The notes under the pieces were generated by a model. It had not been told where the DNA came from. It saw only the letters and a list, made by a program, of their open reading frames with translations, and searched no databases. Source: a virus (taxonomy: Duplodnaviria; Caudoviricetes). From it: a DNA stretch of 64,000 nucleotides. Each line of letters starts with the position of its first letter. The stretch's first letter is position 1. The stretch is from positions 1 through 64,000 of IMG/VR virus record IMGVR_UViG_3300020049_010034. One strand, written 5' to 3'. A program made the translations under genes and the position numbers. Positions 10,317 to 18,172 of the stretch are shown one piece after another.

Positions 10317-10621
10317 AATATTCTATGAATGACACTTTTATTGTTGAACCCTACCAACAAGGACAAGGGCTTAAATCGAGCGTCAAAAGCGGGTTTGCTT
10401 ATATCGCTCAAAAGCAAAATTTAGAGCCGTTGAAGCTTTTAGTGGATGCAAAGATCGACGGAGAGTTTATTTTAGCGGGTTCTACTATTTATGTTGCTGA
10501 GGATGTCCTTACTACGATGGACTGGGCGAAAAAAATCAAGACTTCGGACTTGACGGACGGCAAAGAATTTATTATCATTGAGAAAAGGTATGTATCTGCC
10601 ATAGGTACGGAAAGGTCTTAA
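10313..10621 (+). CDS. GroES-like (Cpn10) co-chaperonin, divergent
   Basis: 102 aa; N-terminal MNDTFIVEP (cf. LHDRVIVK), mobile-loop-like KSGFAYIA, C-terminal DGKEFIIIEKRYVSAI (cf. DNEEVLIMSESDILAI). Confidence 0.62.
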   Translation: MKYSMNDTFIVEPYQQGQGLKSSVKSGFAYIAQKQNLEPLKLLVDAKIDGEFILAGSTIYVAEDVLTTMDWAKKIKTSDLTDGKEFIIIEKRYVSAIGTERS

Positions 10622-11562
10622 TGCAGTTCCTGATCGTAGGCGACCCTCACGCCCAACCAAAAAATCTAGCTGACATGGAAAAGCTGGTAAACTTTATCGC
10701 AAAAAAGGCCAAAGGTGTCGACTATATCGTACTCATGGGTGACCAGAACCATTTCCACAACGTGGTTTACGCCACCGTTCAGAATTTTTGGTTAAAAAGT
10801 TTGCAGAAGCTAAGCAAGGTTGCCAGAGTCGTTATGATTCGAGGTAATCACGATCAAAGCAGTCATCAAGAAAACGCGGATAGTTCCCTAGAGGTGTTTA
10901 AAAGTTTAGAGAATGTTGTCGTTGTCGATGAGCCGATTTTTATTGCGGATCACCTGTTCGTTCCATACTACCACGACGAAAGTTCTTTTAAAAAGGTTTT
11001 AGCTCCTGCCTCCTATCTATGGATGCACCAGACTGTGGACGGATCTCAGTACGAAGGCGGCTTTTACGCTCCTGACGGGTTTAGCCTAGATCTTTTTGAG
11101 CCCTACAAAAAAGTAATTTCGGGTCATATCCATAAAACTCAGACGATCAGAAATATCCACTATGTAGGAACCCCAAAATGGGATACCAAGTCTGACGCCA
11201 ATGAGAATAAAGGTATTTGGCTTTGGGATGATGAGTCCGACAAAATGGAGCACATCCCTACTGAGTCGATTCTTACCCCTATATATGAGCGAGCTTGGGT
11301 TGAGGGAGAGGAAGAACCTTCTGACCTAAAAGACTTAAAAGGAATCGTTTACTTAAACTTGATAGGCACTGGAACGTGGATTGCGTCGGTGTCAAAGAAA
11401 AATAAAAACAAATACCGTATTGTTCCTAAGCCAACGGACTCGATTTTAAAGACTGTAGAAAAAAAACAGATAGTGAAATCTTTTTCGGATTTTTTAAAGG
11501 CCAACTTACAAGAAACTCAGGCGATCGAGATAGAAAATTTTGTAGGATCTTTGGAGGCTTAA
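10621..11562 (+). CDS. Mre11/SbcD-like metallophosphoesterase nuclease
   Basis: GDPH, MGD, RGNHD, MHQ, SGHIH and YVGTP motifs. Confidence 0.88.
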   Translation: MQFLIVGDPHAQPKNLADMEKLVNFIAKKAKGVDYIVLMGDQNHFHNVVYATVQNFWLKSLQKLSKVARVVMIRGNHDQSSHQENADSSLEVFKSLENVVVVDEPIFIADHLFVPYYHDESSFKKVLAPASYLWMHQTVDGSQYEGGFYAPDGFSLDLFEPYKKVISGHIHKTQTIRNIHYVGTPKWDTKSDANENKGIWLWDDESDKMEHIPTESILTPIYERAWVEGEEEPSDLKDLKGIVYLNLIGTGTWIASVSKKNKNKYRIVPKPTDSILKTVEKKQIVKSFSDFLKANLQETQAIEIENFVGSLEA

Positions 11563-11930
11563 TGACTAAAACTCTGGATCCTCAGAAGTATTTGGAAGAA
11601 CTAAAACAAGGTGCAATCCTATCCTCAGCTTTTGCCTCTATCCAAATCGATAATCTAAAACTATATCCTGCGGCGATGTTTCCAGACCTAGAGTGTGAAC
11701 TTCACTGGGATCTAAAGGTCGAAGGGGATGACAAAGGCTGTAGCGTCACATATAATTTTTTGCTCCCAGACGCGAGTAGCGAGATATCATTTTACAATGT
11801 GGAAAATTTTGAAAAAAGACTAGAATTCATAATCAAAGCGGTCAGGACATTGCTATGGTCTGATACAAAGGTGGAGTTTAAAGCAAATGGAAAACCAGTT
11901 AGTAGACTTGAAAGCCGATCAGATAGTTAA
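11562..11930 (+). CDS. Hypothetical protein
   Basis: 122-aa ORF coupled to neighbours. Confidence 0.6.
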   Translation: MTKTLDPQKYLEELKQGAILSSAFASIQIDNLKLYPAAMFPDLECELHWDLKVEGDDKGCSVTYNFLLPDASSEISFYNVENFEKRLEFIIKAVRTLLWSDTKVEFKANGKPVSRLESRSDS

Positions 11931-12582
11931 CTCTCTTACCCCCGAGCCGATTAAAACCAGTAACTCAGTTGCTATAGCGGATCCTATCCTGTCTTTTTTT
12001 ACGGAAAAAGAACAAGAGAAGATTTTAAAGTACATGGACGACGGCCTACCTAACATCATCAAGCTAAATGACGTAAATTTGGCTAGAATGCAAGATATGT
12101 TTATGGAAGGCTTTTCCTATGCCGAAATATCAAACCGTATTCGCGTTAAGATCGAGGGGGTTTTGTATTGTGCTTATAAATATAAATGGCCTGAAATAAA
12201 AAACAAGAAATTGGATGAAATTGGCGGCCAGTTAGAAGAAAAATACCGAACTGCCAAGCTAGAAAGTGCCAGCTTTATCTCAGAAATGATTCAGGCTTGG
12301 CATGAGTATTACCGAGGCATTATCGAAACCTATAGATCAACTAAAGACAGAAGCGTCATGGACTCCATGGACTTGAAGCATATCGACAAATACTTTAAGG
12401 CTGTCGAACTATTAGACAAAATGATGAGTAAGCAGCAGTCCTCAGAAAAACCAGTAATTAGCCTGCCAGAGGGTGGAACGGTTACGTCGAGCGGAAACAC
12501 GCTAACCATCACCCCCGAAGTCAAAGAGACGAGCGAAATTTTAAGATTATTAGCGGAACTTAATAAATCTAATAATAAATAG
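11887..12582 (+). CDS. HTH protein, possible terminase small subunit
   Basis: MFMEGFSYAEISNRIRVK...YKYKW is HTH-like and is followed by a helical region; function inferred. Confidence 0.4.
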   Translation: MENQLVDLKADQIVNSLTPEPIKTSNSVAIADPILSFFTEKEQEKILKYMDDGLPNIIKLNDVNLARMQDMFMEGFSYAEISNRIRVKIEGVLYCAYKYKWPEIKNKKLDEIGGQLEEKYRTAKLESASFISEMIQAWHEYYRGIIETYRSTKDRSVMDSMDLKHIDKYFKAVELLDKMMSKQQSSEKPVISLPEGGTVTSSGNTLTITPEVKETSEILRLLAELNKSNNK

Positions 12583-12673
12583 TGATCGTTTTGGTCGGAC
12601 AATGATAATCTATATAGTAGCGATGTGAAGTTTTTATTTCTTTCACATCCCCTTCACATCTTGAGGAGAAAGT

Positions 12674-13435
12674 ATGCTTTCAAGATATGTGAGATATATA
12701 GCGATCCTTTTACTGCCAATTTTTTTGGCTGGAAGCGTAGGCATTGCAAAACCCATCAAACCTAGAACTGACAAAGACCTATTCAAGGTTACGGTCAGAA
12801 TCTTGAATAAGGATGAGTCTGGCGGAGGGACTGGATCGATTCTTGAATCCAGCAAAAGGGGTAGCGTAATCCTAACGAACGACCATGTCTGTGAGGTTGT
12901 CGAAAAGGGAGGGGTAGTAGACCCGCCAAGCCATCAAAAAACACCTATCAGAGCTATCAAGAGAGACTCCGAGCATGATCTTTGCTTGATCTTGGTGAGC
13001 GCCGATTTAGGCGTAGATCTCTCGATCGCCAGCGCATCCCCAGAAGGAGGAGACTCCGCCGTCATAGCAGGACATCCGTCTCTGATGCCTACCATAATAA
13101 CTAGGGGGCACTTCTCCGAATCAATAATGATAAAAGTTCAGTACGGCTCAAGAGAGTGTACCGAAGAAGACAGGCAGGATCCCAAAAACGCCTTCTACTG
13201 CATGATCTACGGGCGATTGCCTTTAGTCAAAGAAAGGGAAGCTTTGGTGATCTCGGCGACTATAATGCCCGGTAGTTCTGGCAGTCCTGTTTTTAACGAC
13301 CGTGGAGAGATAGCCGCTGTCGTGTTCGCAGGGCGTGGAGAGCTTGGGTACGCGTTAGCTGTTCCTTTAAGCTATATTTGGGACTTCATGGATAGATCTT
13401 CTGTCATGAAGTGGAGTCGGGTTTCTCTTAATTGA
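12674..13435 (+). CDS. Secreted trypsin-like (S1) serine protease
   Basis: Hydrophobic N-terminal signal; LTNDHVC (His), HDLCLI (Asp), PGSSGSP (Ser). Confidence 0.9.
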   Translation: MLSRYVRYIAILLLPIFLAGSVGIAKPIKPRTDKDLFKVTVRILNKDESGGGTGSILESSKRGSVILTNDHVCEVVEKGGVVDPPSHQKTPIRAIKRDSEHDLCLILVSADLGVDLSIASASPEGGDSAVIAGHPSLMPTIITRGHFSESIMIKVQYGSRECTEEDRQDPKNAFYCMIYGRLPLVKEREALVISATIMPGSSGSPVFNDRGEIAAVVFAGRGELGYALAVPLSYIWDFMDRSSVMKWSRVSLN

Positions 13436-14069
13436 GAGGAATTGTCTCGTCGTATAGGTGTCGGTAGTAATAAAGCGTCCCAGACGTGCCGACACCTACA
13501 CCGATGTTGTATCCAAATCCTAAATATACGGTTCCATACTCAAGCAGCTTCTTTAGGCTTGGAGGATCTTGCGTTAACCCAAACCAGTCGCTAAGATCTG
13601 TACCAACCTCTACAAACGTGCTGGCTCCTACGCCGATAGACGCGCCAGTCTCCCAACTAGCAAAAGCTCCAGAGGCAGAGTAAGACAGGCAATCACCAAA
13701 ACAGGCGGCAACAAAAAACTCAATTTTATACTGTTCCGCCATCCCTGCGGTGATCCCGTACATATCGTAAACAGAATATTTTATAGCGTTGTTCTCTATA
13801 CCGATATTAGTTTGCATCCCTCCACAGACTCCGACTCCTTTTTGGCAACGCGCAAGAACGCCAACTGACAGGGCTGTAGGGTAGATACTCATTTCCGCAA
13901 TTCTAACTTTTAGATTTTTTGATATGTCTTTAGCATATTCTTGGGCTGGCTCTGGCAATGACTCGATAGCCTTGTTTAAGACTATTTTATACTCTTGCTT
14001 TGTTAGCGGTTTAGCTTCTGCTTGATTCAGAAAAATAGATAACAAGATCCCAAGAAATGCTCCCATCAA
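13428..14069 (-). CDS. Secreted Gly/Cys-rich hypothetical protein
   Basis: Signal peptide ending AEA; Gly-rich alternating beta-strand patterns. Confidence 0.6.
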   Translation of the reverse strand: MMGAFLGILLSIFLNQAEAKPLTKQEYKIVLNKAIESLPEPAQEYAKDISKNLKVRIAEMSIYPTALSVGVLARCQKGVGVCGGMQTNIGIENNAIKYSVYDMYGITAGMAEQYKIEFFVAACFGDCLSYSASGAFASWETGASIGVGASTFVEVGTDLSDWFGLTQDPPSLKKLLEYGTVYLGFGYNIGVGVGTSGTLYYYRHLYDETIPLN

Positions 14070-14123
14070 AAACTCCTTTACCTTATATAGAAGGTGAGTG
14101 ACAGATTGCTATTATCTTAAATA

Positions 14124-14771
14124 CTACCCCTGAGAATCAATCCACCCTAACGCTTCCGATACTGTTGGCCACTCATTTACAAAAACTTTCTTAATCATTT
14201 CCGCTATATCTCTATGCTCCTTCTGTGTACCCGATGTCGTCCTCAATTGAATATAGTGAATCCAATTGCGGCAATTGTTAGTCATATACAAAGTGCTTTC
14301 TGTAGACTGCGGCAATAAAAATCTAGCACATTCTTTAGCTATTCCTTTTGTAATGGCTTCCTCGTATAGGGAGAATGATAAAGAAGAAATCTTATTTTGA
14401 GCGTTTTTAAACCACTCATTAGTTTCATCAGAAAGATCGTTAATACTGTTTTGGCGATTTTTTGTATCCTGACGTCTCGCCTCATAGATAACAGTCTTAG
14501 TAGGGCTGGCGTATCTTTGACTGAATTCTTGGAAAGTAGCCGAACGGTGTCTTAATATTTGAGCAGCGATAGCTCTAGAGGTTTTTATCTCTACTGTAAG
14601 GGAGGCTCCTTCAAACACAGACCAATGTTGGTGTTTTATACAATATGCTAGTAATTTTGCATAGTTGGGGTTTTCTTGATTCTCAGGGTTAGAAACTCTG
14701 GCAATATAAGCCATTTGTTTTTCCCCGTCTTTTGTTGATGTCACATACCTTACAGCTTCTTCGTGGTTCAT
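14124..14771 (-). CDS. thyX: FAD-dependent thymidylate synthase
   Basis: HWSVFE, RHRSATFQEFSQRY ThyX motif, KECARFLLP, TQKEHR. Confidence 0.96.
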   Translation of the reverse strand: MNHEEAVRYVTSTKDGEKQMAYIARVSNPENQENPNYAKLLAYCIKHQHWSVFEGASLTVEIKTSRAIAAQILRHRSATFQEFSQRYASPTKTVIYEARRQDTKNRQNSINDLSDETNEWFKNAQNKISSLSFSLYEEAITKGIAKECARFLLPQSTESTLYMTNNCRNWIHYIQLRTTSGTQKEHRDIAEMIKKVFVNEWPTVSEALGWIDSQG

Positions 14772-14803
14772 AATCTACCCCTTTTCTTTTCTATAGTTTT
14801 AAT

Positions 14804-15031
14804 TTATCCCTCGCAAGCCGCGCATTCATCTTTGTTTCTTGAAGCAAGATCCCCTTTTAAAACCCCGTCAGATCTTAGATAATACAAGCCCTTTAGACCC
14901 GACTTCCAAGCTTCGATATGAGCCTCGTTTATATACTTAGGAGAGCTATTGCTTGCAAAAAACAAGTTAACCGACTGAGACTGACAGATATGCTGCTGGC
15001 GTTGAGCCGCCTGTCCTATTTGATCGGACAT
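14804..15031 (-). pseudogene. C-terminal fragment of class I ribonucleotide reductase alpha (NrdA), still an open 75-aa ORF
   Basis: QAAQRQQHICQSQSVNLFF, HIEAWKSGLKGLYYLRS and terminal ECAACEG match the NrdA C-terminus; overlaps the end of nrdJ. Confidence 0.8.
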
Positions 15032-16884
15032 ACGCCCCCGTCGCACTCTAAAGACGACTGAAGGTTTCCGTCAAAAGACTCTCCGCTGTCAAACTCGATC
15101 GGTTTTATCTTGCTCGCCTTTTTTTCGTATTCTTCTTTTGAGATCGCCTCTTTTGGAGCCTGCTTGAATCCGTGATCGTTATGACACAAAAAGCTTATTG
15201 ACTTCAAATACTTTAGATTGTTCCCTAGCCACTCTTTGATTTGTGGAAGCTCTTCTTTTCGATAGTATACAGTAACGGAGACGGCCTGATCAGCCCAGTG
15301 TCTTTGAGCCATAAGAAGAACATCCAGCTGCTTCCAAGTGTTAAAATCTTCGTCCGCGCAAGGTGTTCCTTCGGGTGCCTCTAAGTAGAAATCAACCACC
15401 AGAGTGTTGTGATCGAGGGTTCCATCGAACCTTACCACGGGCTCCATCGAGTGTCCAGCCGCTTTCAAAACTGGAATCAAAGGATCGTTGGCCGCAAACC
15501 TTACTCTTTGGATCATATGTCTAGAATAAGCGGGATGGATTCCTTCGCATCGCTGATCAAGCAACTTAGAAACTGTTCCAGATGGCTTGACGACTGTGGT
15601 TCGAATGCTTTCAGGAATGCCTAGCTCTTTTGAGTAACTTACGTTCTCCTTTTGAATCTCGCTATAAGCAAGATCCAAGGTCTTGGGATTAAATAAAGGG
15701 CTTTCTAGGCATCCCGTGATGCCAGTGCCAATACGTCGGTTTTTACCAACCACATCATTGATAATGTCGTGGTGATACAGCTCGGTAGTAACTCGCTTCC
15801 CATACCTGTGCATCAAACGAGCGGCTTCCAGAAATTCCGCTTCCGAATCCAAATTCCCTAGAGCGATCTCTTGCAAATTACAGGGCTCTCCGTTTTCAAG
15901 TGTGGCCTCAGCACAAGGATTCATTCCAATAGCTGTGTCTTTCTTTTTCTCACCCATTCGAGCAAACGCTTGGATGTTTTTTCGGTTAATGATGCCGAAA
16001 GGCTCTCCGTTTTCATAAGTTTTCCAAAAAAGAGGGTGAGCGTCTTCCGTGTCATCCAAAACCACCGAAAGGTTGGCGAAGGCTCGATATGTCGGAACCT
16101 GACCTAGATCCCATCTTTTTGACTTCAAGTATTCTTTATCGAAAGCGTCGCCTAGTATGATGATAGCACTGCGGCGGACGTTCCCAGCCACCACCATTTC
16201 GCCAGTGGAGCAGACGATATCCATGGCGTCTATCGGGCGAATATGCTTGCCAGCTCTGACGTCTAGAATTCCTTTGATGGTTTCGATAAATTTTACCAGT
16301 GGCTGAGGCCCTGATGCCGTTCCTCCGAACCCTTGAATTCGCTCTCCGTACCCTCGAATACAAACGGTAGAGTACGAAAACCCTTTACCTGTCTTGAAAT
16401 AAGATTCGATAGTGCGGCGTAATAGCTCGCACCATCCCTCTCGACTGTCTGGAACGATGAAGTCGGCGTCTTTTGTGTCTTTGTGCTCTATAAAAACATC
16501 TTTTTTTACTTTCGGGAGCTGAGATACAAAACGGTGCTCGATTGACATTCCTACTCCGCCTCCCAGCATTAGAAGATCCATTGCGAGAGGAAAGGAATCA
16601 ACAGTATCTGCGGCCACAAACCAGCAGTTATTGAGCGCCACTCCGCCAAGTCGCTTGTGAGACGGTGATCCCGAATACCACAAGCCCCTGCCAGCAGGGA
16701 TAGCCTTTCTATTGAGCATAAAATAACGAAGTCTCTCTATCTCTTGGGGGGAGACGTTGTGCCCCCTAACATTACCCCCTATCACCCGTTCAATCGTGTC
16801 AGGCCAGTTTTCCACAACCCCCGTATCTTTTCTGGCATAGGTTCTTTTGTATACTACTTTTGCTAAATTCGACCAAGACTTCAT
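15016..16884 (-). CDS. nrdJ: Class II (B12-dependent) monomeric ribonucleotide reductase
   Basis: KRTYAR, PAGRGLW, LNNCWF, VPDSREGW, GGTASGP, AGNVRRSA, NPCAE, KPSGT, C-terminal CDGGVCPIK. Confidence 0.93.
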   Translation of the reverse strand: MKSWSNLAKVVYKRTYARKDTGVVENWPDTIERVIGGNVRGHNVSPQEIERLRYFMLNRKAIPAGRGLWYSGSPSHKRLGGVALNNCWFVAADTVDSFPLAMDLLMLGGGVGMSIEHRFVSQLPKVKKDVFIEHKDTKDADFIVPDSREGWCELLRRTIESYFKTGKGFSYSTVCIRGYGERIQGFGGTASGPQPLVKFIETIKGILDVRAGKHIRPIDAMDIVCSTGEMVVAGNVRRSAIIILGDAFDKEYLKSKRWDLGQVPTYRAFANLSVVLDDTEDAHPLFWKTYENGEPFGIINRKNIQAFARMGEKKKDTAIGMNPCAEATLENGEPCNLQEIALGNLDSEAEFLEAARLMHRYGKRVTTELYHHDIINDVVGKNRRIGTGITGCLESPLFNPKTLDLAYSEIQKENVSYSKELGIPESIRTTVVKPSGTVSKLLDQRCEGIHPAYSRHMIQRVRFAANDPLIPVLKAAGHSMEPVVRFDGTLDHNTLVVDFYLEAPEGTPCADEDFNTWKQLDVLLMAQRHWADQAVSVTVYYRKEELPQIKEWLGNNLKYLKSISFLCHNDHGFKQAPKEAISKEEYEKKASKIKPIEFDSGESFDGNLQSSLECDGGVCPIK

Positions 16885-17538
16885 CTATCGCTCCTCGTTG
16901 TTTAAAATTCTGTCCAAATCAAATTCCATATCTGTTTTGGCTGAATCGTTTTGTGTGTTCTTAAGTAAAGTATCGTAAGCAATCCCCAAACAGATAGCGT
17001 CAGCCTCATTATTGTGTTTCATGAGTAGCTTTAAGCCAAACTTCTCATTAGCAATCCTGACGTTAACGTGCTTCTTTGTAACCTTGCCGATCCTCTTCCC
17101 GTTTTCTTTAACGACCCTAACCCCTTTTTGGTTAGCTGTCTTGATCTTTTTATTCTGATCTTTCTCAGCCTTCGTCATCTTCGCACCAACCAGAACTCGC
17201 CACTCCCCTGTCATAAAGTATTTACAGCCAACGCCTTCCTCGACGATCAAGGTTGCGAGTTGATAGTGGATCCACTCTAGCATTTTTTGTGATAGATGGT
17301 TTTTACTACCCTTTGACGTCTCCTCGATAACAAGGACGTCGGGCTTAAAGGTTTCGATCAGATCTTCGACCTCGTCAAAAATCTGATGAGTCCACTCAAG
17401 CATCCACTCGGGATACGGAAGATCCTTTGGACGCTCAACAGATATTGTGCCGTAGTCTTGTAGGTTGAGTAGGCTTTCCTTCCGACGAAAGAAAGCCCAC
17501 CCTATGTGAGATGATACGTCAAGAGTTAGTATTTTCAT
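16885..17538 (-). CDS. RuvC-like Holliday junction resolvase
   Basis: ILTLDVSSHIGWA, VLVIEE, NNEADAICLG. Confidence 0.85.
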   Translation of the reverse strand: MKILTLDVSSHIGWAFFRRKESLLNLQDYGTISVERPKDLPYPEWMLEWTHQIFDEVEDLIETFKPDVLVIEETSKGSKNHLSQKMLEWIHYQLATLIVEEGVGCKYFMTGEWRVLVGAKMTKAEKDQNKKIKTANQKGVRVVKENGKRIGKVTKKHVNVRIANEKFGLKLLMKHNNEADAICLGIAYDTLLKNTQNDSAKTDMEFDLDRILNNEER

Positions 17539-17567
17539 GTTGGGAGTTGAACCTAGTAGATTGTGAT

Positions 17568-17846
17568 CTATTGAAGAGACCCGCCTTTTTCACCAATCAA
17601 AGAATGTAAGTATTTGATTTTTAAGTCAATTGCTTTTAGAGTATCGCGGTAAGGACCTTCAATTTCTTTTTTAAGCTCAATAACTTCTTGTAGTTTTTGA
17701 TTACTTGACTTGCTTTCTAGAACATTTTCACGTTCACCTACATAATTCAAAATGCGGTTTTTCATTTGATCAACACTCATCCCCACGACCGCGTCGACGA
17801 ATTCTGGCATTTCTTTTTCTAATTTGGCTTTTTGCTTCGGGTTCAT
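17568..17846 (-). CDS. Hypothetical coiled-coil protein
   Basis: 92-aa ORF in operon. Confidence 0.6.
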   Translation of the reverse strand: MNPKQKAKLEKEMPEFVDAVVGMSVDQMKNRILNYVGERENVLESKSSNQKLQEVIELKKEIEGPYRDTLKAIDLKIKYLHSLIGEKGGSLQ

Positions 17847-18172
17847 TTTTTCTCCACTTCTATTTGTTTTTTGAGAGCGTCTCTCAGTGTTAAATACTCT
17901 ACCGTAGCCATCACCATTGAATAGTGCGGTACGTCAGAGTGGTCAGTTTCTTTTCCTGAAATCACCAAAGGTAATTTCGTATCCAAGAAAATTCGGTGAG
18001 CGGTCGCCTTGATTAAATTAAGATCAGTCCGCGTAAAATTTATGGTAGCTCTGTCTAGTATAGTGATTTTTTCCAAAAGGTTTACTAAAAGCAAAACTTT
18101 TTCTTCTTGCCCGAGCGTTTCGGCTGTAGCAAGATATTCACGCACCTGTTGTTTTAAAAAATCTCTATCCAT
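17843..18172 (-). CDS. Hypothetical protein
   Basis: 109-aa ORF with overlapping start/stop. Confidence 0.6.
   Translation of the reverse strand: MDRDFLKQQVREYLATAETLGQEEKVLLLVNLLEKITILDRATINFTRTDLNLIKATAHRIFLDTKLPLVISGKETDHSDVPHYSMVMATVEYLTLRDALKKQIEVEKK

Noticed and set aside
15010-15050. Programmed frameshift fusing NrdJ to the NrdA fragment
   Set aside because: NrdJ already ends with its own Cys-containing tail, and no canonical X XXY YYZ slippery site is present.
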